IMG/VR virus record: IMGVR_UViG_3300019776_000194
Coordinates: 1-64,000 of that record
Source: a virus
Reading direction: 5' to 3' (one strand)
Length of the DNA: 64,000 nt
Every line of letters begins with the position of its first letter. The stretch's first letter is position 1. A model generated the notes under the pieces. The model saw nothing but the letters and a program-made list of their open reading frames with translations. It was not told the origin of the DNA and searched no databases. Below are positions 1 to 9,613 of the stretch, in pieces. Both the position numbers and the translations under genes were made by a program.

Positions 1-34
1 GTAGAACGAAGTACAAAGGATTTCCGGTGGGATT

Positions 35-208
35 ATGAGCAAAATAATAAAAGCAAACTTCAATAAAAACTATCAAGTTGAGTCAGAAATGCGCGATGCG
101 ATCAGAGAGACCATTTTTAAGTTCGATGGACAAACCTCACTTGTAAGCGCAATCGGCGTCCTTGAGTTGGTCAAAACAGAATTGATTCAGGAGGTCGGAA
201 ATGATTGA
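35..208 (+). CDS. hypothetical protein (57 aa, not in ORF track)
   Basis: Hand-translated open frame MSKIIKANFN...; stop overlaps the next ATG. Confidence 0.55.
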   Translation: MSKIIKANFNKNYQVESEMRDAIRETIFKFDGQTSLVSAIGVLELVKTELIQEVGND

Positions 209-395
209 ACTAACCATGGATCAGATTAGAAAAGTATGCGCCGAAGAAGCCAAATATCAGCTAATTATTATGCGGCAATACTTAGATGAGAAAGAAGTTG
301 TTTTCTACTTAGAGCTATTGCGCAAAAACACATCAATGATCGAGTTTGACTACTTTAAGAACCATTATGGATTTGGAGATATAGATCATGAGTGA
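201..395 (+). CDS. hypothetical protein
   Basis: ORF with GGAGG RBS, in a chain of overlapping ORFs. Confidence 0.65.
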   Translation: MIELTMDQIRKVCAEEAKYQLIIMRQYLDEKEVVFYLELLRKNTSMIEFDYFKNHYGFGDIDHE

Positions 396-672
396 AATAA
401 AACAAATAAGCTCACCAATATCAAGCGGGTGGCGCGGAGACATAAACGGGCATATTGAAAACACCGGATCACATATCCAAGTGTCGGAAATCACCTTAAA
501 ACTTGATAAAGAAACAGCCTATGCGCTTTGCAATGTTCTTGCTGATAGCGCATTTCCGAAAGGGATTCTTTCAAAAGAACAACAAGTAAAGATAAGCAAT
601 CTTGGCGCTGCACTTGGTCGAGTAATTGACCACTATTCTGCGAATAACGGGGAAAGAGAGATTATTAAATGA
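388..672 (+). CDS. hypothetical protein
   Basis: ORF with GGAG RBS, overlaps neighbours. Confidence 0.65.
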   Translation: MSEIKQISSPISSGWRGDINGHIENTGSHIQVSEITLKLDKETAYALCNVLADSAFPKGILSKEQQVKISNLGAALGRVIDHYSANNGEREIIK

Positions 673-1073
673 GTGAAATAAAGCCAGTGAGCATTAAAAC
701 AGCAGAGGAACGCATTCACTCTCTAGCAATTGACGACAAATCTGTTTGGTGCAATGCGTATTTTGACGAGGTTCAAGAACTACGCGCAGCACTAGAAGCA
801 CTGCAAGCAGAGAATGCAAAGCTGAAAGAAGAAAGCCAAAACTACGAAAACGCAGTCAGAATTGTTCAAGAATGGAGTGGTCAACTTACACTAGCAAATG
901 GAGAATTGCGCAACGATAACGCAGCACTCGTGAATGCGAATGAACAACAAGCAAAGCGGATAGCACACCAACAATACTTAATAGACACCCTCATGCTGGA
1001 ATACTGCCCAGATGAGATGACAGAAGAGCAATGGGAAAATTGGAAATCACATCAGAGGAGAGTTGAGTTATGA
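669..1073 (+). CDS. hypothetical coiled-coil protein
   Basis: Heptad-rich ORF, ATGA overlaps. Confidence 0.65.
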   Translation: MSEIKPVSIKTAEERIHSLAIDDKSVWCNAYFDEVQELRAALEALQAENAKLKEESQNYENAVRIVQEWSGQLTLANGELRNDNAALVNANEQQAKRIAHQQYLIDTLMLEYCPDEMTEEQWENWKSHQRRVEL

Positions 1074-1471
1074 AATACATATTAGCCATATCTTTATTAC
1101 TTACTGCTAATTCTGCTATGGCTAATTGTAATGATGAATCTGCGAAGGCTTACATGCTGTGGAAGGAAGCTCGTAATCAGCCTATAGAAGCTCAAAGAGC
1201 TGTGTTGGATGTTCTGCACCACAGACTTCTAAAGTCTCGTCTAACAGCCTGTAAAGAGCTTATGAAGCCATCACAATACCCTTACATGAGATATGGTGTG
1301 AAGAAAGTTAGTAAAGAGTGGTTGACACACTACAGAACAGTACGTAGAATGCCTAAAGTGTTGCAGAGTGAGAAGTATATTTTCTTCAATCACTTTAGAA
1401 GTAAACACAAATGGGCAACAAAACATAAACGTATTGGGGATTTAGTGTTTTCACAGGAAAAGGAGAAGTGA
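1070..1471 (+). CDS. SleB/Hydrolase_2-like cell wall hydrolase with signal peptide
   Basis: Signal-peptide-like N-terminus; EARNQ (EARGE-like) motif, SQY, C-terminal IGDLVF. Confidence 0.7.
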   Translation: MKYILAISLLLTANSAMANCNDESAKAYMLWKEARNQPIEAQRAVLDVLHHRLLKSRLTACKELMKPSQYPYMRYGVKKVSKEWLTHYRTVRRMPKVLQSEKYIFFNHFRSKHKWATKHKRIGDLVFSQEKEK

Positions 1472-1472
1472 C

Positions 1473-1712
1473 ATGGATTTATGTATAGAATGCTCTAGGA
1501 AAGGAGTAGGAGAATACTCTGCTAAAAGCTATATGTGTTTGTGCAGATTTATAGAAAAGACAGAACCTTTAAAACAACCAAGCAACACATCAAAACAGAT
1601 GGTGAAGATTATTCTTGAAGAAGCTAAACGCAGAGGATACTCAGAGAGCTACATTGAACATCAAAAGAAGATATTTAATGTGGATGATAATATTGACAGA
1701 AGTAGTATGTGA
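1473..1712 (+). CDS. hypothetical protein, possible Zn finger
   Basis: CxxC...CxC; AAGGAGAA RBS. Confidence 0.6.
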   Translation: MDLCIECSRKGVGEYSAKSYMCLCRFIEKTEPLKQPSNTSKQMVKIILEEAKRRGYSESYIEHQKKIFNVDDNIDRSSM

Positions 1713-1724
1713 AGGAGGAATAAC

Positions 1725-2060
1725 ATGGGTGTAGATTACACACCAATCTTAGGTATTGGTTTAGAGTTTGATGGTCGGTTAGAAGTAATAGAGTTCTTAG
1801 CAAAACATAGGATTATTTTTGATAAAGACTCTGAAGAAATTGAAGAAGATGGCATTATTGAGTTTATGTCAGGGCATTCAAGCAAACTGGATGTAGACTG
1901 CTTAAACTACTATTCAGGAGATTACTATTGGGTAGGGTTTAGAGTGTATCCGCACAAGCTAGAAGGCTTGGCAGACAGTATTGTACAAGCTGAAAGCAAT
2001 TGGAAAGCTCTGTTTCCGAATGTAGAAGCTGGAGTTGTTTATACAGTGCAAATTAGTTAA
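1725..2060 (+). CDS. hypothetical protein
   Basis: ORF with AGGAGG RBS. Confidence 0.7.
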   Translation: MGVDYTPILGIGLEFDGRLEVIEFLAKHRIIFDKDSEEIEEDGIIEFMSGHSSKLDVDCLNYYSGDYYWVGFRVYPHKLEGLADSIVQAESNWKALFPNVEAGVVYTVQIS

Positions 2061-2069
2061 GGAGAGCAC

Positions 2070-2285
2070 ATGAAAGAAATTGACAAAGTAAAAGCCTATT
2101 GTGTCATCAATGAAGTGACAATGCAACAAGTGTCCCAGTTTTATAGACGTAAGGGAGATGCTGAACGATGGATTAATGACGCTACTAAGTTTGATGGAGT
2201 ATTTGCGGAGGAGTATAAAGCTAAGTGGTGCTACTGCGTGGCAGAGTTCGTGTTTGATAAATATTATGTTGTGGAGAATGTATGA
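2070..2285 (+). CDS. hypothetical protein
   Basis: ORF with AAGGAG RBS. Confidence 0.65.
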   Translation: MKEIDKVKAYCVINEVTMQQVSQFYRRKGDAERWINDATKFDGVFAEEYKAKWCYCVAEFVFDKYYVVENV

Positions 2286-2512
2286 GTGGAACTTATTACG
2301 GGATTAACAGTAAAGTAGCTAAAGCTCTGCAAGAATTCTGTTGTGGCGAAGAATTTGTATTGTATCGAGGAGCCTTCCGATGGTTTAACATGGACGATGA
2401 GGTAATGTCAAATCATTATGAAGGTATGTCTGTTGAGCAAATAGCAGAAGACTTTGAATATGAAATCGTGTACAATGCTAAACACGTAGCTATTTTTAAA
2501 TTGAAAGGGTAA
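2282..2512 (+). CDS. hypothetical protein
   Basis: ORF with GGAGAA RBS and ATGA overlap. Confidence 0.65.
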   Translation: MSGTYYGINSKVAKALQEFCCGEEFVLYRGAFRWFNMDDEVMSNHYEGMSVEQIAEDFEYEIVYNAKHVAIFKLKG

Positions 2513-2514
2513 TA

Positions 2515-2784
2515 ATGATTGTTTTTAGACGCATTAAAAGTTATACTGAGCATGTAGATGAGTGTTGTTATCATAGAAAACTCACTTCTACAGATTGCCT
2601 CGACATAGCAAATAAACTAAACTTATTTAAGCACCAAGAAATTCAAGACTTGCGAGAATATGTTGCTCAACTTGAGAATCATATTAGAGGTCTTACAACG
2701 ATTTATAGTGAATACCCAAATCCACCGTTTATAGGTGTTTATGAATTAAATGAGGCAGAGCCAAAAGGAAAACTTGTACGATGA
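2515..2784 (+). CDS. hypothetical protein
   Basis: ORF packed in operon. Confidence 0.6.
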   Translation: MIVFRRIKSYTEHVDECCYHRKLTSTDCLDIANKLNLFKHQEIQDLREYVAQLENHIRGLTTIYSEYPNPPFIGVYELNEAEPKGKLVR

Positions 2785-3470
2785 TTAAAAGTAATATGGA
2801 AGTAAGTTTGATTGACCACATGGGAAGTGATAGTTCTGTGGTACGCGCAGCACGTGTGAGCTTTGCTGGAGATAATAAAGAGTTTGACGAATTAAAAGAT
2901 GCGAAGCTGATTCGATACTTAGCGAAGCATGGGCATATCTCACCATTTCATCACACGTTTATCACAGTGAAAGTGAAGGCTCCTATTTTTGTTTGTCGCC
3001 AATTGGTAAAACACAAGTTCATGCCTTGGAATGAAGAATCAAGACGCTACATTAACAGTGAACCGGAGTTTTATATTCCGACAGATTATCGCAAACCTGC
3101 TGAGAATGTGAAACAGGGTAGTAGTGAAGATTTAGTAACTACACATCATATTAAGTACTTAGACGACCATCATTGCACTGCGGAAGAAGCTGTAACAGCA
3201 CATGCTAAAAATTCCTACACTTTGTATTGTGAACTGATTGATGCAGGAGTGTGTAATGAACAAGCTCGTATGGTGTTACCACAAAATATGATGGTGAACT
3301 ACTACTGGTCTGGGACGTTGAGTGCTTTTGCAGACATGCTTCGACTACGCTTAGACGGACATACTCAAAAAGAGTCACGAGAGGTTGCTAAGATGATTCG
3401 TGATTTAGTAGAGCCTTTATTTCCTGTATCATTACCAGCTTTGTTAGGAGAAAACTATGAAAACAATTGA
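2781..3470 (+). CDS. thyX: flavin-dependent thymidylate synthase
   Basis: AARVS, HxSPF, RQLVKH..NEESRRY, EQARMVLP, LRLDGHTQKE motifs. Confidence 0.95.
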   Translation: MIKSNMEVSLIDHMGSDSSVVRAARVSFAGDNKEFDELKDAKLIRYLAKHGHISPFHHTFITVKVKAPIFVCRQLVKHKFMPWNEESRRYINSEPEFYIPTDYRKPAENVKQGSSEDLVTTHHIKYLDDHHCTAEEAVTAHAKNSYTLYCELIDAGVCNEQARMVLPQNMMVNYYWSGTLSAFADMLRLRLDGHTQKESREVAKMIRDLVEPLFPVSLPALLGENYENN

Positions 3471-3807
3471 ACAAATATTCTTAGAAACTAAAGCAACACT
3501 AGAACAACAAGCATTATCATCTGTCCAAGAAGCCCTTGATAAACTTTATATTGAATATCTCCCATATGTTGAAAACGATACAGCTTCTAATGTCTATTTC
3601 ATGTCAACAGATTGGATACGTAGATACTTAGCTGGTAATCTCAGAGAAGATGATTTCAAGATTAACATTCTCGCCGAAGATGTTCGTAGAAAGATTTGGG
3701 ATGAGAACAAAGAGGAATTGAAAGAGCTGATTGCTAAGGATGTACAAGACCGTCTAGCTTATTTGGAGAAGGAACTTCGAGCAAGTTGGGAACATAAATA
3801 TTTTTAA
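3457..3807 (+). CDS. hypothetical protein
   Basis: ORF with AGGAGAA RBS. Confidence 0.7.
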   Translation: MKTIEQIFLETKATLEQQALSSVQEALDKLYIEYLPYVENDTASNVYFMSTDWIRRYLAGNLREDDFKINILAEDVRRKIWDENKEELKELIAKDVQDRLAYLEKELRASWEHKYF

Positions 3808-3817
3808 GGAGAACAAA

Positions 3818-4213
3818 ATGTTTAGCATATTCAAATCGAAACAAAAACGTGAAGCAGAAGCTTTAGCTAAATTGAAAGAAGATGAACGCAAGAAGAGTTT
3901 AGCACGTAGTATTCCTCCACAACGTAATCCAAGCAACTCCAGTGATGATACATGGGGTTTTCCTGCTGCAGCTCTGTACCCAAGCAACTACAACATTTCT
4001 GCACGAGAAGTGGAAAGTCCTAGTAATTTCTTGTCAGAAGGCTCTGGAAGCTTCTCTGGAGCTGGTAGTAGTTCTAGTTGGAGTAGTTCTTCAAGTGATG
4101 ATAGTAGCTCTCGTAGCTGCTCTAGCTCTTCGTATTCTAGTAGTTATTCTAGTTCTGATAGCTACAGTAGTTCTTCTAGCGATAGCTCTTCTAGCTGCAG
4201 TAGCTCTGATTAA
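3818..4213 (+). CDS. hypothetical protein with Ser-rich low-complexity C-terminus
   Basis: AAGGAGAA RBS; poly-Ser tail encoded by mixed TCT/AGT/AGC codons. Confidence 0.7.
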   Translation: MFSIFKSKQKREAEALAKLKEDERKKSLARSIPPQRNPSNSSDDTWGFPAAALYPSNYNISAREVESPSNFLSEGSGSFSGAGSSSSWSSSSSDDSSSRSCSSSSYSSSYSSSDSYSSSSSDSSSSCSSSD

Positions 4214-4222
4214 AACAAATAC

Positions 4223-4251
4223 TTGACAAGATTCCTGACATGATCTACTAT
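4223..4251 (+). promoter_or_regulatory. sigma70-like promoter overlapping a terminator-like hairpin
   Basis: TTGACA-17-TACTAT; the -10 lies in the loop of hairpin 4231-4267, followed by a T-run. Confidence 0.6.
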
Positions 4252-4293
4252 TGGTCTTGTTGGGAATTTTTATTTTACAGATAAGGAGAGAAT

Positions 4294-4647
4294 ATGAGTT
4301 GGCTTGAAGAGTTGAAAGTTGGAGACTTAGTGATAGTGTCTGACAGATATGGAGACGAGATAAAGAAAGTATCTAAAGTGACACCGAAACAAATCAAAGT
4401 GTTTGTAGACTCAACAGGGACAGGGTACGATTCATCTTACTGGAAAGAATCTGGTAATCTTGTTGGTCAAGACCCTTTCTACTATCGACACTTAAAAGAA
4501 GCTACACCCGAAAGATTGCAATTGATTAGGGATAAAAATAAGCTGAATAGGCTTACTAAATGGGTAAAAGACAGTAAGTTTTCACTAGAAGAGTTGGAAT
4601 ATTTCAAGACTTATATTGACAGTAAAAAGGAGAATGTTAATGAGTAA
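4294..4647 (+). CDS. hypothetical protein
   Basis: ORF with AAGGAG RBS downstream of promoter. Confidence 0.7.
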   Translation: MSWLEELKVGDLVIVSDRYGDEIKKVSKVTPKQIKVFVDSTGTGYDSSYWKESGNLVGQDPFYYRHLKEATPERLQLIRDKNKLNRLTKWVKDSKFSLEELEYFKTYIDSKKENVNE

Positions 4648-6007
4648 TTTATACACAATTATTAAAGAGCTGCAGAATGCTTCCGGCTCAAATGCTAAGA
4701 CAGCTATTTTAGAGGTTAATAAGGATAATGAGCTGTTGAAGGCTTACTTACGTGCGACGTATGATCCTGCTATCAATTACTACCAATCTAAAGTTTCTAA
4801 GAAGTTAGGGTGGAATTTAGATTACTCAGACTACTACGAGGAAAATGGAAATTATTATCCAAACTACTACCATATTTTAAGTGAGATGGAACGCTTATCA
4901 AATAGGGAACTAACAGGAGATAAAGCTAAAAACTACTTGAACGACTTCTACGCTTCTGTGTCCCCAGAATCAAAAGAGTTGATCGAGCTTATGTTGAAAC
5001 GCTCTATCGGAGCTTCTGTAGGAGATACATTGATTTTGAAAGTGTTTCCTGATTTGTATTTTATTCCACCATATCAACGCTGTAGTTTGATGGATGCTAA
5101 AGTGAAAGATCGTTTTAGTAAGCTTGATAGTTTCTTAGTACAAGAGAAACTTGATGGAAGCTTTTGTTACCTTGTTAAAGAGGCTGGAAAGGCTCCAGAA
5201 GCCATCACACGAGCTGGTAGTCGCTATCCCGCAGAGTTTGCAGAAAAGCTCTCCACACCGCAATGTGAGGGGTTTGTTGTGATTGGAGAACTTGTCGTTC
5301 TTGATTACACAGACAACGAAGATGGTGAGTTATTAGACCGTAAAACAGGTAATGGAATACTCAACAGCATCTTGAAGGGTGGGGAGTTGAATGACAATTT
5401 GGAATTTGTTTTGGTAGCTTGGGATTGTATCAACACTGTAGAATTTAAGAATGGGTACAGTAAAGACCCCTATTGTAAACGATTAGAGATTTTAGAACTA
5501 GTATGGGAAACTCCTGTTAAAACTCATTACGTAGACTCTCTAGAGGGAGCTTATAAGATTTATTCAAAATATACAGCAGAAGGTAAAGAGGGTTGTGTAA
5601 TTAAATCTAAAGATTTCCTCTGGCGCGATGGTACATCAAAAAATTGCATCAAGCTTAAGATCGAGTTTGAAGTGGATTTAGAAGTTGTTGCAATCCATGA
5701 AGGCACAGGGAAAGCTTCTGGAATGATGGGCAGCATCACTCTGAGGTCTAGCGATGGATTGATTGTGACAGATTGTGGTAGTGGCTTCTCAGATTCTGAC
5801 AGAGCTGAGTGGTGGTCTGATAAAGATGCTCGCATTGGTAGCATTGTTACTATCAAAGGAAATGATATTATTTCTAAGCGTGAGAATGAAGTGAAGAGTA
5901 TTTTCTTACCCATTTTCTTGGAGCACAGACTTGACAAGACAAAGGCTGACAGTTATTATCGTTGTTATCAGCAATTGGAAGCTGCTAAGAACGGAGGTAA
6001 ATTGTGA
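4640..6007 (+). CDS. ATP-dependent DNA ligase
   Basis: EKLDG motif I, EGCVIK motif IV, KLK motif V, GSGFSD OB-fold motif; start moved to the ATG after AAGGAGAA. Confidence 0.95.
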   Translation: MSNLYTIIKELQNASGSNAKTAILEVNKDNELLKAYLRATYDPAINYYQSKVSKKLGWNLDYSDYYEENGNYYPNYYHILSEMERLSNRELTGDKAKNYLNDFYASVSPESKELIELMLKRSIGASVGDTLILKVFPDLYFIPPYQRCSLMDAKVKDRFSKLDSFLVQEKLDGSFCYLVKEAGKAPEAITRAGSRYPAEFAEKLSTPQCEGFVVIGELVVLDYTDNEDGELLDRKTGNGILNSILKGGELNDNLEFVLVAWDCINTVEFKNGYSKDPYCKRLEILELVWETPVKTHYVDSLEGAYKIYSKYTAEGKEGCVIKSKDFLWRDGTSKNCIKLKIEFEVDLEVVAIHEGTGKASGMMGSITLRSSDGLIVTDCGSGFSDSDRAEWWSDKDARIGSIVTIKGNDIISKRENEVKSIFLPIFLEHRLDKTKADSYYRCYQQLEAAKNGGKL

Positions 6008-6189
6008 CGATTGATTACAGTAAAGTATCTAGATACACTCCATCAACAAATCATTCAGAATTCTTAGGAATGAAGATGCATGCAAGGGGTGATTATGTTT
6101 TGTACGAAGATTATGATGAGTTGTTGACAGCATATGAAAAGCTTATTGGGAAAGTTGGTGGTGGTAGTGCTTTTGAGGAGTTTTTATGA
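6004..6189 (+). CDS. hypothetical protein
   Basis: GGAGG RBS, GTG start. Confidence 0.6.
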   Translation: MTIDYSKVSRYTPSTNHSEFLGMKMHARGDYVLYEDYDELLTAYEKLIGKVGGGSAFEEFL

Positions 6190-6473
6190 ACAAACAAAAA
6201 CTAATTAGCGCACTACAAAGTAGAATTGCCAAGAGAAGAAACCTCTTAGAAGATGGTTGGGAACTATTTGATGACCTACAAAGAGATGAAGATACAGAGT
6301 ATGATGCTTATTACTTTGTAGTAAGTCTTATCAAAACTGGCTACGAACAGAAAGTTGATAAGCAACTTCTTCGTCAGCTTATTCTGGATGAGAGGGAGTT
6401 GAAAGAGTGGAAGGCTAGGTTTGATACTTCTAGTAAGGCTCTTGGAATTATTGCTAGCATGAGGGAGAAATAA
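6186..6473 (+). CDS. hypothetical protein
   Basis: GAGGAG RBS, ATGA overlap. Confidence 0.65.
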   Translation: MNKQKLISALQSRIAKRRNLLEDGWELFDDLQRDEDTEYDAYYFVVSLIKTGYEQKVDKQLLRQLILDERELKEWKARFDTSSKALGIIASMREK

Positions 6474-6474
6474 T

Positions 6475-6657
6475 ATGATATTCATATTAAGTGTTTGGTT
6501 AATTTGTTGTATTGGTGTGATAGCTATGTTTTCAAGTATTATAAAAACCCAAAGAGAGAATTTATATAAATCTAGTATGTATATTCATAGGCTGAAAACT
6601 GTTGCAAAGATGTCGGGTTGCAATCTGGAAGATGTATACGATGATAGGGAGATGTGA
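6475..6657 (+). CDS. small membrane protein
   Basis: Hydrophobic N-terminal segment, GGAGAA RBS. Confidence 0.55.
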   Translation: MIFILSVWLICCIGVIAMFSSIIKTQRENLYKSSMYIHRLKTVAKMSGCNLEDVYDDREM

Positions 6658-8372
6658 TGGGAACTTATTCAGGGTATGAGAAAGGTGGAAAGATAATGGC
6701 AACAAAGAATTATGCAACAAAATTTGAACCAGTTGAAACAATGGAGGATATAGCGAAGTATCCTATTTTAGCAATCCCAGAACGATTTATTTCTAAACAA
6801 GCTGCAGAGCATTATGGTATTCGTACAGCAGTTAGTCCTAAAGATGGTAAGACACATATTGCTCACTATTTTCCATACACACTTGAAAATGAGATTGTTG
6901 GGTACAAAAAACGCGACCTTAGCAAACCTAAGATGCAAGATGGACATTTCTCAATTGTAGGATTTCAGTCAGCTAAGTGTGACATGTTTGGAGTTACTGC
7001 TGCCAACAAGACAGGTGCAAAGAAGGCTTTTATCACAGAAGGTGAGTACGACTGTGCCGCACTATGGGATGTTATGAAGGCTAAGTATCCTTCTGCAAAT
7101 CCAAATGTGGTTAGTATAAGTAATGGAACAGCTAATGCTGTGCAAAACATTGGACAGAAACACAATCAAAGCTTTTTGAAGAAGTACACAGAAACAATCT
7201 TAGTATTTGATGCAGATAAAGCTACACAAGAAGAACGTGAAAAACAAAAAATTATGAAGGGTAAAGATGCAGTAGCAGCAGTTTATGGTCTTATGCCCGA
7301 CATTTTTGTGGCACAATTACCAGATGATTTAGACCCAATTGATATGATTAAGCAGGGGTTGGAAGATCAACTATACTGGTGCTGTTTAAAGCCAACAACA
7401 TACACACCAGACGGGTTTGTGAAGTACGAGACATTCAAGGAAAAAGCGTCAGAACTTCCTAAGCTTGGCAAACCTTGGCCTTGGCCTTCAATGACTAAGT
7501 TGAGCTTAGGGAGACGACTTGGCGAAGGGCATTACTTTGGAGCTGGTGTTAAGATTGGCAAGTCTGAATTGGTTAATCAGTTATCAGAGCACATCATCAA
7601 AAATGAAGGTGGTAAGATTGCACTATTCAAATTTGAGGAAGAGCCAGAAATAACTTGCAAAAAGGTAGCTGGTAAAATGTTTGGTAAGGATTTCACCAAC
7701 CCTGAGAAAGTTATTTTTATTCAAGAAGATGGCACTCTGAAGGACATTTATGGTAACGAAATTTACGATACATCACGAGGTTATTTTGACCAAGAGACTC
7801 TGACCAATGCGGTAAACTCCGTTGGTGACAACATTATATACTACAACAATTATGGAGCATGTTCTTGGGATATTGTGAAAGGCGCAATTCGACATGCTGT
7901 ATTAGTAGAAGGTGTGCAGGATATTGTGCTTGACCCAATTTCTCGAATGGTGGCGGGTGTAGCTGCAGCAGAAGCTAACACATTGTTGGAACGATTCGCA
8001 GATGAACTTAGCAAGCTCGCCAAAGATTTAGGATTCACTTATTATTGCTTCTGTCACTTGAAAAGTCCTGAAAGTGGTGTACCTCACGAGCGTGGTGGTA
8101 AAGTGTTAAGTCACCAGTTTACAGGAAGTCGTGCTATGATGCGTTCTACTTATTATATGTGGGGTATTGAACGTAACAAAGACCCAGACCTCCCTGCGAA
8201 GGAACGTAATACCTCAACAATTGTACTGTTAGAAGATCGTAAGTATGGACGTAGTGGATACTTTAAAGTGTACTATAATCCTGAAACTGGAGATTACTTG
8301 GAGCCACCTGAAGGATTCTTAGAAAGCAGTTGTGAACGTATCTCCGAATACACAGGTTGTTCAACATTCTAA
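6654..8372 (+). CDS. T7 gp4-like DNA primase-helicase
   Basis: TOPRIM ITEGEYD and FDAD; helicase GxxxxxGKS, IVLDP, HLK, GSRAM, EDRKYG. Confidence 0.92.
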   Translation: MMGTYSGYEKGGKIMATKNYATKFEPVETMEDIAKYPILAIPERFISKQAAEHYGIRTAVSPKDGKTHIAHYFPYTLENEIVGYKKRDLSKPKMQDGHFSIVGFQSAKCDMFGVTAANKTGAKKAFITEGEYDCAALWDVMKAKYPSANPNVVSISNGTANAVQNIGQKHNQSFLKKYTETILVFDADKATQEEREKQKIMKGKDAVAAVYGLMPDIFVAQLPDDLDPIDMIKQGLEDQLYWCCLKPTTYTPDGFVKYETFKEKASELPKLGKPWPWPSMTKLSLGRRLGEGHYFGAGVKIGKSELVNQLSEHIIKNEGGKIALFKFEEEPEITCKKVAGKMFGKDFTNPEKVIFIQEDGTLKDIYGNEIYDTSRGYFDQETLTNAVNSVGDNIIYYNNYGACSWDIVKGAIRHAVLVEGVQDIVLDPISRMVAGVAAAEANTLLERFADELSKLAKDLGFTYYCFCHLKSPESGVPHERGGKVLSHQFTGSRAMMRSTYYMWGIERNKDPDLPAKERNTSTIVLLEDRKYGRSGYFKVYYNPETGDYLEPPEGFLESSCERISEYTGCSTF

Positions 8373-8380
8373 AATAAATC

Positions 8381-8409
8381 TTGACAGCTTCAAAAACTTC
8401 CTATAACAT
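8381..8409 (+). promoter_or_regulatory. sigma70-like promoter within an inverted repeat
   Basis: TTGACA-17-TAACAT; IR TGACAGCTTCAA/TTGAGGCTGTCA. Confidence 0.6.
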
Positions 8410-8439
8410 TGAGGCTGTCATTAACCAAAAGGAGAAATT

Positions 8440-8724
8440 ATGAGCAAACTTCGTAAAGAACGTTGGAAAATTCTGAAGCACGTATTTGAAAACATGAAAC
8501 AAATAGCTGAGACAGAAGGTAATGCTATTCACTATGATGGAGAGAATTATTCAGAATACGTTATCACAATTAATGACACATATATGACTTGTGGATTTGT
8601 ACTTGATCGAAGCTGGCATGGTATTTACGAAGATTGTGAAGAGGATGCCAGAACTCCTGCAACAGAGATTTTGGAGCGTATCAAGGGTAGGATTAGTATT
8701 TATAAACAAACTAATATTTGGTAG
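8440..8724 (+). CDS. hypothetical protein
   Basis: AAGGAGAA RBS. Confidence 0.7.
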   Translation: MSKLRKERWKILKHVFENMKQIAETEGNAIHYDGENYSEYVITINDTYMTCGFVLDRSWHGIYEDCEEDARTPATEILERIKGRISIYKQTNIW

Positions 8725-8732
8725 GAGAACAA

Positions 8733-9035
8733 ATGAAAACTAGCATCTTACAATCAATGCTTGCAAGGAATAAAGGGATCATTTTTGGTTTACATGAGCA
8801 ACAAGAAGACCTTATGCGAGACATCCGGACAAATCGCTCTAATACTAAGAAACTACTCATAAGCATGGAGCAATTAGAATATCTCAATGATTCCTACTAC
8901 CGGAAAAAGAGTTCTTTTGAAAAGAACTCCAAGTCCCTCAAGCAATTAGCAGAAATTCAGAAGGAGATTAAAGAGGAGATTAAGCACAATGATGCTATGG
9001 AAGCTTATTTATTAATGTTGGCTTTGAGGGATTAA
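8733..9035 (+). CDS. hypothetical coiled-coil protein
   Basis: AGGAGAA RBS before ATG 8733. Confidence 0.65.
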   Translation: MKTSILQSMLARNKGIIFGLHEQQEDLMRDIRTNRSNTKKLLISMEQLEYLNDSYYRKKSSFEKNSKSLKQLAEIQKEIKEEIKHNDAMEAYLLMLALRD

Positions 9036-9036
9036 T

Positions 9037-9321
9037 ATGGATTACTTGAAAGTAAAGAAATTACACAGTATTGGAGATAGTGGAGGAAGTGATCTTTGTG
9101 TATATGATGATGGTGGCACATTGAAGTTCTCTATGGCAAGTCCAACACGTCCTATACCAGAGTGTAAACCAACAGCAGAAATGTTGAAGAAGGCTTTGGA
9201 GTATGTTGAGAATTATGCAGATGATTGTGATAAATATCTAAACGATTTTGAGGACGGTAAAGATAGGGCTTACAGAAATGTGGCAGCTCATTTGGAAATG
9301 TTGATTAAGGAGGCTAGATAA
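9037..9321 (+). CDS. hypothetical protein
   Basis: ORF in operon. Confidence 0.65.
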   Translation: MDYLKVKKLHSIGDSGGSDLCVYDDGGTLKFSMASPTRPIPECKPTAEMLKKALEYVENYADDCDKYLNDFEDGKDRAYRNVAAHLEMLIKEAR

Positions 9322-9322
9322 A

Positions 9323-9613
9323 ATGGCTAAATATGTGAAGTGTGTTGATAATGATTTGAACAGTATTCCTTTAACAGTTGGTGGTATTTATAAAGTACTT
9401 GACTATGATTCAGCTTCCTATATGATAGAGGACGACACTAAATGCGTAGAGTGGTGGAATAACTACCGATTTGAGGAACTACCAGAAGCCATCACATTCT
9501 CCTCACAACAAGAGTTTGAAGATGCTGTAATGAATGTGCTTAAGGGTCGCTTGGAAGTATTTGAGTGGAGGGAAGGCTGTAAAGAGTATTTTCATATGGA
9601 GGATAACAAATGA
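9323..9613 (+). CDS. hypothetical protein (N-terminal domain resembles 17014..17397)
   Basis: AGGAGG RBS; KC...VGxIYxV...W...RFE pattern shared with the 17014 ORF. Confidence 0.65.
   Translation: MAKYVKCVDNDLNSIPLTVGGIYKVLDYDSASYMIEDDTKCVEWWNNYRFEELPEAITFSSQQEFEDAVMNVLKGRLEVFEWREGCKEYFHMEDNK

Noticed and set aside
3942-4226. Hydrophobic alternative-frame ORF over the Ser-rich gene
   Set aside because: By-product of TCT/AGT repeats read in another frame; no RBS
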